This document shows, one piece after another, positions 55,786-62,969 of a DNA stretch of 64,000 nt. The notes under the pieces were generated by a model, which had not been told where the DNA came from, did not search any database, and saw nothing but the letters and a program-made list of their open reading frames with translations. A program made the translations under genes and the position numbers. Within the stretch, counting starts at the first letter, position 1. Each line of letters begins with the position of its first letter. Source of the DNA: Bdellovibrionales bacterium (GTDB lineage: Bacteria > Bdellovibrionota > Bdellovibrionia > Bdellovibrionales > UBA1609); assembly GCA_028819545.1 (NCBI GenBank), contig JAPPLG010000019.1, forward strand, positions 66,494 through 130,493, in the 5' to 3' direction.

Positions 55786-56513
55786 CTGATATTTTGATAA
55801 AAATGTTTAATCATCTCAATATCTCCATGTGAGACTTCCCATTTATTGGATTTTAATGAGTGATTCCATTGTTTTTTAATTGCTTCCAGATGAGTGACTT
55901 CCATAGTGACTTCTATCTCAGGGGATTTGTATGTTCTTTTTTTTGGAAACAAAAGGCCTCCTGTATATATTTGATAATTTTCAGCAGTCAAAACAGCAGT
56001 GTTTCCCATAGCAATTTTTCTTACGACAAAATTATCCTGTTCGATCCATACAGCCTGTTCTTTTTTTCTAAAAACATAGTTCACCATACCTAAAGCTCTA
56101 CCTAACTTTACTTTTTCAATGGAGTTCAGCCATGCCGGACGCATATTTTTTCGAAAGAAATAAGATTCAATATAATTTTGTTTTTTGGATTTTTTTGCTT
56201 TTCCTGACATCCAGGTTTTATAAAATTTTTTATATATAAAATTTAATTTCAACTGAGGGTGTTCTGTACTGCGGACTTGTAAATAAACTCGATTTGCATA
56301 TTTCCACCAGGTTTCTTTCAGTTGAAATGTGTCATCCAGTCTGGAGCGGTCTAAAAATAGTATGTTTTGAGAAATTTTATAGTTTTTTGTTCCTTGATTT
56401 CTATCTAAGCGGCTGAGAATCATCTCAGTTGTTGGAATGTAGGCTGTAGTTTTTAAACAGAGCCCTGCAAGTAGAATGCAAATAAGAGTTTGAATAATTT
56501 TCACTGTAAGCAC
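55782..56513 (-). CDS. Secreted hypothetical protein (LolA-like fold is only a guess)
   Basis: Signal-like N-terminus; 4-nt overlap with priA. No motif recognised. Confidence 0.3.
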   Translation of the reverse strand: MLTVKIIQTLICILLAGLCLKTTAYIPTTEMILSRLDRNQGTKNYKISQNILFLDRSRLDDTFQLKETWWKYANRVYLQVRSTEHPQLKLNFIYKKFYKTWMSGKAKKSKKQNYIESYFFRKNMRPAWLNSIEKVKLGRALGMVNYVFRKKEQAVWIEQDNFVVRKIAMGNTAVLTAENYQIYTGGLLFPKKRTYKSPEIEVTMEVTHLEAIKKQWNHSLKSNKWEVSHGDIEMIKHFYQNIR

Positions 56514-56591
56514 CTTTGTTCTTAAATGGAATTTGTTGTTGGAATGTACGATTATTTGTATAACTAATCAAATGGTCCTGAATAATTTTGT

Positions 56592-57833
56592 TTGAACTGT
56601 CAAAAATTGATTTTTTTTGATTTTTATGGGAAAATTTTCTTTATTCAAGGGGTAAATTCTTTGTTTCGTTATATATGTCTTTGTCTTTTGCTATCTATTT
56701 GCCTGGGGCTTTTTGCCTACTGTGTGCCTTCACTTTATACGGTTCAGGTGGGCTCCGAGAGCGTAAGCGACGGAGGAAACACTGATGACTATGATGATTA
56801 TTATGAAGGGCAAAATCCGGAAGACTTTGAATGTGATCCGGATGACGACACCAATTGTGATAATGAACATGTGGATGAGATGGATATGCCTTATGATATG
56901 TTAATGGACACTGTTTCTTATTTGACCTGTGATTCAAGAAATCTTCCTGATGACACTTTTGCGTTTAAAGTGGAGGCTCTCAGAGAAGGAGGAGTGCGGC
57001 TAAGAGCAAAGTTTGGACAAATGGAAGAAAATGAAATTAAACAGTACCCTTATCATAGAAGTTATCCTGCTTTAATTCCTATACCTCCCAGATGGTGGGT
57101 TCACCCTTCCACTGAGGTTCAATACCCTGTACCGGGTCGATTCGGCGCTTTGCCGTCTATTGAATTAGAAGATTATTTGGATGATTTTTTAGAAAACGGA
57201 AAAATTTTTAAAAAAGAGTTTGGCAGGGATCATATTCAGCTGGGTTGGAAAGCTAATTTAAATTTAAGATACAGTTTACAGAGCTTGCTTGAGGCCAGTT
57301 ATTTATTGGTGAGCTTTTATCATGCAGGCCGCGGGTCTTCTCTTTTGGGGTATAGGGACTTGGATGGTGATAGAGAAACAACTCATGGAAGATATTATAG
57401 GGTGGATTTAAGCGAAGAAGAGCAACAATACACTTTGTCGGATATTACAGAACGATATGAGTTCAGAACAGAAAAAGAAAATTCATGGAGTTGTGGTCTG
57501 CGGTTTAAAGTCAGAAGACACGATGATCATAGGTATGTTGGGGGCGGTCAGCCTGCAGAGCCTGGATGTGAAGACAATGATGATGGCAGTGCAATTTACA
57601 GACTTGTTCGACAGGTGCTTGGAGACGATTGGAATATTGATCCGGAGGAATATTGTGTTTCTCTTAAAAATCGTAGAAAGTCTTGTTACAGATATACAGA
57701 AAATATACATCAGGGCACCAGGAATATAAATAATGGCAAGGGCAGAGTGGATCACTTTGACTGCACTGGAACTGACATTCTCCGTCTTTGTCCTCATTAC
57801 TTATCTATTTGCACACGGGCCAGGGTGGAGTAA
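56592..57833 (+). CDS. Secreted Asp/Cys-rich hypothetical protein; start uncertain
   Basis: Hydrophobic leader LFRYICLCLLLSICLGLFAYC, acidic tract DDYDDYYEGQNPEDFECDPDDDTNCDNEH, and many Cys spread through the sequence. Confidence 0.4.
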   Translation: MNCQKLIFFDFYGKIFFIQGVNSLFRYICLCLLLSICLGLFAYCVPSLYTVQVGSESVSDGGNTDDYDDYYEGQNPEDFECDPDDDTNCDNEHVDEMDMPYDMLMDTVSYLTCDSRNLPDDTFAFKVEALREGGVRLRAKFGQMEENEIKQYPYHRSYPALIPIPPRWWVHPSTEVQYPVPGRFGALPSIELEDYLDDFLENGKIFKKEFGRDHIQLGWKANLNLRYSLQSLLEASYLLVSFYHAGRGSSLLGYRDLDGDRETTHGRYYRVDLSEEEQQYTLSDITERYEFRTEKENSWSCGLRFKVRRHDDHRYVGGGQPAEPGCEDNDDGSAIYRLVRQVLGDDWNIDPEEYCVSLKNRRKSCYRYTENIHQGTRNINNGKGRVDHFDCTGTDILRLCPHYLSICTRARVE

Positions 57834-57924
57834 ATAATCAAAAACAGCTTTTTCCATTCCGGTATTTATCTAAATTAAATCGTTCGATTGTACTCATTGT
57901 AAAAATCATTTAGAAAGCTTTGAT

Positions 57925-58632
57925 ATGAAGATTTTTATGCTTTTGTGTGTATTTTCTTTTGCGCCGGTTGTGTACAGTCTGCCTTTGCCTTTATCGTCTT
58001 CTTTGGGAAATTCAGGCAGGGCGGGATACGGTTCTGCAGATTATCATATATTAAATTCAGCCGCGTTATTGCATGGGAAAATGTATCAAGTTTCAGGTTT
58101 TTATTTTTTTGAAGGGAATGAAAAAATATATGGGGGTTCTCTCACAAACAGTAGGGATATACCTATAGGTTTTACATGGTTAAGATTGAGTCCGACAAAT
58201 ACCTATCAGGTTCTTTCTATAGCCGGTAGATTGTCTCAAAAGTTTTTGATGGGTATAGGTATCCATCGCTATTCAGAGCAAAATGAATTTTTTCCTCACC
58301 TGGGTATTCTTTATAAGCCTATTGAGAAATTAACTCTTGGTTTTACCGGGGAGCGAATACAAAGCCGTATGAAATATGGGATGGGTGCTCGTTTTGTTTT
58401 TACAGAGTCATTTATCATTCAGGGAGATGCAGTGTACGATCAGGATATACTCTCTTTTGGAGGTGGTGTGGAATTTATTACAGAAAATAAATTTTCCATT
58501 CGTTTGGGGCAGGTGTGGCCTGACCCTTCTTTTCGTATAGGAGTCAGCTTTAATGGATATCCGATTAAATTGGATTACACCTGGGTTCAAAAACAGGGGC
58601 ATACTGTTGGCATCCGTATTGAATCAGAATGA
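57925..58632 (+). CDS. Putative outer-membrane beta-barrel protein
   Basis: Signal peptide MKIFMLLCVFSFAPVVYS and alternating beta-strand pattern with Gly/aromatic girdles. Confidence 0.4.
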   Translation: MKIFMLLCVFSFAPVVYSLPLPLSSSLGNSGRAGYGSADYHILNSAALLHGKMYQVSGFYFFEGNEKIYGGSLTNSRDIPIGFTWLRLSPTNTYQVLSIAGRLSQKFLMGIGIHRYSEQNEFFPHLGILYKPIEKLTLGFTGERIQSRMKYGMGARFVFTESFIIQGDAVYDQDILSFGGGVEFITENKFSIRLGQVWPDPSFRIGVSFNGYPIKLDYTWVQKQGHTVGIRIESE

Positions 58633-58669
58633 ACCTCCAACATCGTCACCCATGTTGGTTTACGGGTAC

Positions 58670-58693
58670 GTCACCCCTGCGGAGGCAGGGGTC
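58670..58693. repeat. Palindromic unit P2: GTCACCCCTGCGGAGGCAGGGGTC
   Basis: Perfect 7-bp stem CCCCTGC/GCAGGGG; same leader GTCAC as the copy at 16816. Confidence 0.8.
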
Positions 58694-58750
58694 CCAAACT
58701 CTTTTGCTTGCTGACAGGGTTGTCAAGGTGAAAAAGTGTAAGATCAGGAT

Positions 58751-58865
58751 GAAATACTTTGTATAAACAGCTCAAGGCTCAAACATGCGTTTTGCCGCAG
58801 AACAAACTTTCAGTTGTTCTGCGATCAAAGCCGAACTCACTTGAGCTGTTTATACAAAGTATTTC
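58751..58865 (+). repeat. H element copy 6
   Basis: Basal stem GAAATACTTTGTATAAACAGCTCAAG/CTTGAGCTGTTTATACAAAGTATTTC; conserved cores; apical stem GCAGAACAA-actttcag-TTGTTCTGC. Confidence 0.9.
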
Positions 58866-58900
58866 TAGCTTCCTGCCTTTGCAGAAATCGAATGAGTGAG

Positions 58901-58959
58901 GCGCCAGCCGAACAGTAGCGCCAGCCGAACAGTAGCGCCAGCCGAACAGTAGCGCCAGA
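58901..58959 (+). repeat. Tandem repeat, 17-nt unit GCGCCAGCCGAACAGTA x3 plus a partial unit
   Basis: Read directly. The unit resembles the conserved loop of module L (GGTGCCAACCGAA). It is followed by AAACTGCTGATGCAAAGACTTGCA, which matches the 3' flank of module L at 60598-60620. Confidence 0.85.
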
Positions 58960-58992
58960 CAAAACTGCTGATGCAAAGACTTGCAAATTTAT

Positions 58993-59020
58993 GTCATTTT
59001 GAATTTGGTTCAGAATCCAG
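58993..59020 (+). repeat. Decayed P1-like unit GTCATTTTGAATTTGGTTCAGAATCCAG
   Basis: Aligns position by position with GTCATTCCGGACTTGATCCGGAATCCAG, but the stem pairing is lost. Confidence 0.5.
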
Positions 59021-59149
59021 GTGTATATGCCAGATGGATTGGATTTCGACCTTTGCCAGAATTGTAAATGTTCACTAATTTGCTGACAGAATTGGAAAAT
59101 TAAGGGAGCGTGTAAGTTCTCTAAAATGGATCAAGAAAGGAGGGGGATA

Positions 59150-59254
59150 GTGAGGAATCACACACAGGATAAAACGATAGAAAGAAGCTACCTAAGCAAG
59201 TGGAGATACATGATAAAAGACTATGAACTGAGCAAAGTCTCAGGCTTTCATTAA
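59150..59254 (+). CDS. Possible 34-codon micro-ORF or gene remnant
   Basis: Strong SD AAGGAGGGGGA 3 nt before the GTG. Translation VRNHTQDKTIERSYLSKWRYMIKDYELSKVSGFH. No homology can be judged by eye. Confidence 0.2.
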   Translation: MRNHTQDKTIERSYLSKWRYMIKDYELSKVSGFH

Positions 59255-59277
59255 GAAAACTTTTTTTTTCGGCTCAA

Positions 59278-59568
59278 CTATTTATGATCAGCAATAAAGT
59301 AAAAAACAGCTAAAATAAAACCTGCTAAGACAGTACTTCCAAACATATTTGCTTCTCTTTTTGTTTTTATCGTATTAAGGTTTTCCCAATTCATTAAGCA
59401 AACTTTATATTGATCTTTGTGTTCTTTGTCTTTTTTGTTAATCTCAGATGTTTCCATCACTTGATCACAATAAGACTTCATATCTTCTTTATTTGCTGAA
59501 AATCTTTTATCCATTGAAGTACAACTGACCTGAAATAAAAACATTCCAGCTATGATATACTTTAACAT
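59278..59568 (-). CDS. Small lipoprotein with a C-terminal TM helix, paralogue 2 (96 aa)
   Basis: Lipobox LFQVSC, shared KSYCDQVMETS block and C-terminal helix VLAGFILAVFYFIA. Confidence 0.55.
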   Translation of the reverse strand: MLKYIIAGMFLFQVSCTSMDKRFSANKEDMKSYCDQVMETSEINKKDKEHKDQYKVCLMNWENLNTIKTKREANMFGSTVLAGFILAVFYFIADHK

Positions 59569-59582
59569 TTTAACTCCAACTC

Positions 59583-59876
59583 TTACTTAACATCAAAGAA
59601 TAGAAACTTTGCAACTAAAAGATACACAGCCATTAAAACCGTTCCGCCTGCTAGTCTAGTTTGTACATCTTTTGATTTGGTTACAGAGTTCATACCATTA
59701 AGTAAACATTGGCTGTATTCACTCTTATACTCTCTGTCTGTATTTGTTATGTTTGATGTTTCCATTACTTGATCACAATAAGATTTCAAAGTCTCTTTAT
59801 TGTCAGAGAAATTTTTATTCACAGAAGCACATCCAACCTGAAGCAAGAGTACAAAAACTACAAAATACCTGAACAT
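59583..59876 (-). CDS. Small lipoprotein with a C-terminal TM helix, paralogue 1 (97 aa)
   Basis: Lipobox LLQVGC; same conserved Cys positions and KSYCDQVMETS block as the neighbour; C-terminal helix VLMAVYLLVAKFLFF. Confidence 0.55.
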   Translation of the reverse strand: MFRYFVVFVLLLQVGCASVNKNFSDNKETLKSYCDQVMETSNITNTDREYKSEYSQCLLNGMNSVTKSKDVQTRLAGGTVLMAVYLLVAKFLFFDVK

Positions 59877-59902
59877 CTTACGACCCCCTTTAAATTAAAT
59901 GA

Positions 59903-60352
59903 TTATCCTACTGGGACACACACGCCTGTACTTAAACACAAGATCACTGCACCTGCAATGGAAATAAATATGCCAAAACCCTCTAATTGCCTTTCTACAT
60001 CCTCAGATTGTAAATATTTTGTTAAATCTAAGGTTCCGTTTAATGCCTTTTCAGCTTCCTCATCAAACATGTCCAAATACACCTCATGCCATTCAAATCC
60101 TCTTTCTGGATGATAAAACTGCATATGCAAATGTAAAACATACTCGTCAAAAAATATTCCCTCATCTGTTCCTACGAATGCATTTACTTTTTCTTTTCCT
60201 TTGTAATTGCGCCAGATATGAACGTCCTTATCATATTTTTCCTCTGATTCCAAAAAGGTCTCAGTATAGGGTTTGTATTTATCAGAGTGGGCAAAAATTT
60301 CAGAAACTTGAAATATGAAAATGATCAAAATAGTTTGATAAAACAATCTCAT
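59903..60352 (-). CDS. Secreted, acidic, His/aromatic-rich protein with a C-terminal TM helix (149 aa)
   Basis: Signal peptide ILIIFIFQVSEIFA and C-terminal FGIFISIAGAVILCLSTGVCV. No recognised motif. Confidence 0.45.
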   Translation of the reverse strand: MRLFYQTILIIFIFQVSEIFAHSDKYKPYTETFLESEEKYDKDVHIWRNYKGKEKVNAFVGTDEGIFFDEYVLHLHMQFYHPERGFEWHEVYLDMFDEEAEKALNGTLDLTKYLQSEDVERQLEGFGIFISIAGAVILCLSTGVCVPVG

Positions 60353-60574
60353 AGTTGGGAGAACTTAATAATAATCATCAAATATTTTAGTCAATGTATT
60401 TTTGATATTTTTGTTCTCTTAAAAAATCACTATGAAAAAATTACACATTTTATAAAAATTTTACACACTTATTGTTAAAAAGGATGCGAAGCTTCAAGTT
60501 TTCATTAAGAAAACTCTCACGAAAACCGAAATTTGTTACACATTCAGAATCCACGAGAAAGTTACTCCGGACTA

Positions 60575-60623
60575 CGAAGCAGTACAGGTGCTAACCGAAA
60601 CTGCTGAGCGAAGGCTTGCAGGT
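60575..60623 (+). repeat. Module L (forward): hairpin AGCAGT-ACAGGTGCTAACCGAA-ACTGCT plus flank GAGCGAAGGCTTGCAGG
   Basis: 6-bp perfect stem at 60578-60583/60600-60605; matches 16754-16796 in reverse. Confidence 0.8.
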
Positions 60624-60627
60624 ACAA

Positions 60628-60655
60628 CTGGATTCCGGATCAAGTCCGGAATGAC
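60628..60655. repeat. Palindromic unit P1 (reverse): CTGGATTCCGGATCAAGTCCGGAATGAC
   Basis: Exact reverse complement of the 38656-38683 copy. Confidence 0.85.
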
Positions 60656-60686
60656 TTAAACACTGAAGTCGTTTGTATGAGCAATA

Positions 60687-62969
60687 TCAAGTTCGGAGTA
60701 ACACTGTGGAGTAAGATTTTTCTTTGATATGGATTTCATTTTTGTCCGGGTTTTTTTCTATTTGCTCTTTTATTTTTGAAAAATAACTAAATCTGCCAAG
60801 CCAGTTATTTGAGCTTGTGGATTTCATTAGATTTTTTTCCTGACAGGTCAATGTTAAGGTTTTTTTAGCTCGAGTCATTGCTACATAAAGAAGACGTTCT
60901 TGTTCCTGCAGGCTTTCTTCTCTTTTCTTATCCTTCCATATTTTTTGTTGAACAGAATGGATAGCTTCTTTATTTTCGTTAGTGATGGAAAAACTCCACC
61001 TTTGTGATTTAGGAAAAACAACAAGCCGATTGGAATCTGAAGGTATCAGGGAATCATCAACATTAGGAATAATGACGTGTTCAAATTCCAACCCCTTGGA
61101 TTGATGAATAGTCATCAATTGTATAAAGTTCAGCAGTTGAGGTGAAGTTCCTGCAGAATCCACCCCATAGGTTTTAAATTGATTCAGTTTTTCTTCTATA
61201 AATTGATAATATTTGAAATGGATGTTTTGTTCTTTTGTCTGCATTTCTATAAGCAGATTCCATAAATTATTTTCCTGCTCCCCTGTAGGGTCTTGATAAT
61301 AACAGAGATCAATAACAAGATATTCTTCCAGAAAAGATGAAAAAGCTGAAGAAATACCTTCCTGTTCACTTTTTTTAATTAAATTATTTAATGCCTGAAG
61401 AACAGGGTGATTTTTTATTTCCTGAAGGTTTACCCATAGAGATCTCCCTCTGTGGGAGTGTGCAGATATTTCCCAGTCAGGCATATAAAAGTAAGGGCTT
61501 CTTAAAAGCCCTATCAGATTTTCATTGTCTAATGGATTAATGAGAAATTTTAAGAAGAAAAGAGCATCAAGAATCTCTCTTCTTAGAAGATTTTGGGAAT
61601 GCGTTTGAACTGGAAGTTTTAGTTTTCTTAAGAAATGCCCTGTATCTATAACGTCCTGGTTGGTTTTAAGGAGGATGCATATATCTCCTGGAGAGTGGGT
61701 CTTTAAGAGTTGGTGAAGTTTTTGAGCTAAAATCTGCTGTTCATCTTGTTTATTTTTATAAATCAAAAACTGAACAGAACTTTCTGTAGAAAGACTTTTC
61801 GTTTTTTCATAGTTCATTTGTTGAAATTCTTTTTTAAAGAAGTCGTTAAAAAATTCGATCAAATTAGGATGAGACCTAAAGTTTGTATTTTTTATCTCCA
61901 ATACACCTTGAGATTTTGTAGCTTCTACCCTTCTCTTGAAGACGTTAGGGTCGGCTCGTCTGAATAAATAAATGCTTTGTTGTGGGTCGCCCACAACCCA
62001 AACCTGTTTTGCATACTGGGTAAAGGAATTTAATATTTTCTCTTGAATAGGATTAATATCCTGATATTCGTCAATAAACCAGGATTGCCAGTCTTTGGAA
62101 AAAGATGAGACAATGTGTTTTTGTGTTTGTATTATTTTGAGTGTTTCGTTTTCCAGATCTTCAATTTGAATAAAACCTTTTTTGTCTTTTAGCTTTGTCC
62201 AGTGACTATGAAATTCTTGAGCCAACTTTTGCAGTAATAATTGATTGATTTCCAAATTTTTAAAATTTTTGGGATGGCAGGTGGTAAATAATTTATCAAG
62301 CATCGCAGAATCTGTTTTATTCTTCAGATCTTTTTTTTGTTTTATACAAGCTTCTTTAAGCGTGTCTAAATCAGAAAAGTCTATGGTAAGGTTTTGTCGT
62401 AGAATTGTTTGAAGTGTAGTTGCCCATTGTTGATTCATTTCCTGTTGAGACAAAGGTTCAGTGGAAATTAGACCTTCTTTATGCTGGAGTATTAAATTTA
62501 AAATGTCATGATATCTATAATGTTCAAGTAAAGAAACATACTGCGGATTTGATTCAAACACATCTCTTAATACAGAGCGGGCGGATAGTAAAATTTGTCT
62601 GTCATTAATTAATTGAGAAAAAGAAGACCAGTGAGGGTGATATCTTTTTAAAAAGTAATAAAGTATTCCATGTAAAGTGGAAACAAAAATTTGAGAGGTA
62701 TCCGACACAGCGTTAACCAATTCCCAGTTTTTCTCTGCAATAGCTTGCTTCATAATCCTTTCTTTAACTTCTCCAGTAGCTTTTCGCGTGAAAGTGGTGA
62801 TCATGATACGAGGGGATTTTTGTCCCTTTTCCTTGGATTGTTCAATAGACTTCATCACTTGATTGATTAAGTGGGTTGTTTTACCTGCTCCGGCAACAGC
62901 TTGGAGAGTGTAGTTTTTTAATTCAGGTGAGGGGCCCGGCATATATTTCTCCAATAGCAGTTTGCACAT
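60687..62969 (-). CDS. addA: UvrD/PcrA-type helicase, AddA-like, without a recognisable C-terminal nuclease domain
   Basis: Walker A AGAGKTT, DEYQD box, VVGDPQQSIYLFRRAD and motif VI YVAMTRAKKTL, about 70 aa from the C-terminus. An alternative start is the ATG at 62942. Confidence 0.75.
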   Translation of the reverse strand: MCKLLLEKYMPGPSPELKNYTLQAVAGAGKTTHLINQVMKSIEQSKEKGQKSPRIMITTFTRKATGEVKERIMKQAIAEKNWELVNAVSDTSQIFVSTLHGILYYFLKRYHPHWSSFSQLINDRQILLSARSVLRDVFESNPQYVSLLEHYRYHDILNLILQHKEGLISTEPLSQQEMNQQWATTLQTILRQNLTIDFSDLDTLKEACIKQKKDLKNKTDSAMLDKLFTTCHPKNFKNLEINQLLLQKLAQEFHSHWTKLKDKKGFIQIEDLENETLKIIQTQKHIVSSFSKDWQSWFIDEYQDINPIQEKILNSFTQYAKQVWVVGDPQQSIYLFRRADPNVFKRRVEATKSQGVLEIKNTNFRSHPNLIEFFNDFFKKEFQQMNYEKTKSLSTESSVQFLIYKNKQDEQQILAQKLHQLLKTHSPGDICILLKTNQDVIDTGHFLRKLKLPVQTHSQNLLRREILDALFFLKFLINPLDNENLIGLLRSPYFYMPDWEISAHSHRGRSLWVNLQEIKNHPVLQALNNLIKKSEQEGISSAFSSFLEEYLVIDLCYYQDPTGEQENNLWNLLIEMQTKEQNIHFKYYQFIEEKLNQFKTYGVDSAGTSPQLLNFIQLMTIHQSKGLEFEHVIIPNVDDSLIPSDSNRLVVFPKSQRWSFSITNENKEAIHSVQQKIWKDKKREESLQEQERLLYVAMTRAKKTLTLTCQEKNLMKSTSSNNWLGRFSYFSKIKEQIEKNPDKNEIHIKEKSYSTVLLRT

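Noticed and set aside
58901-58959. Possible CRISPR array (the tandem 17-mers; also the TCATTCC arrays at 38575-38655 and 16647-16713)
   Set aside because: The 17-mers are contiguous with no spacers. The half-site arrays have units far shorter and more degenerate than CRISPR repeats, with 8-15 nt 'spacers'. No cas genes are in the window.
58985-59277. Transposase or integrase remnant explaining the repeat-bounded cassette
   Set aside because: Only a 34-codon ORF with a good SD is present. Its sequence (…SYLSKWRYMIKDYELSK…) has no catalytic or HTH motif I can recognise. It is listed as a low-confidence feature but cannot support a mobile-element call.
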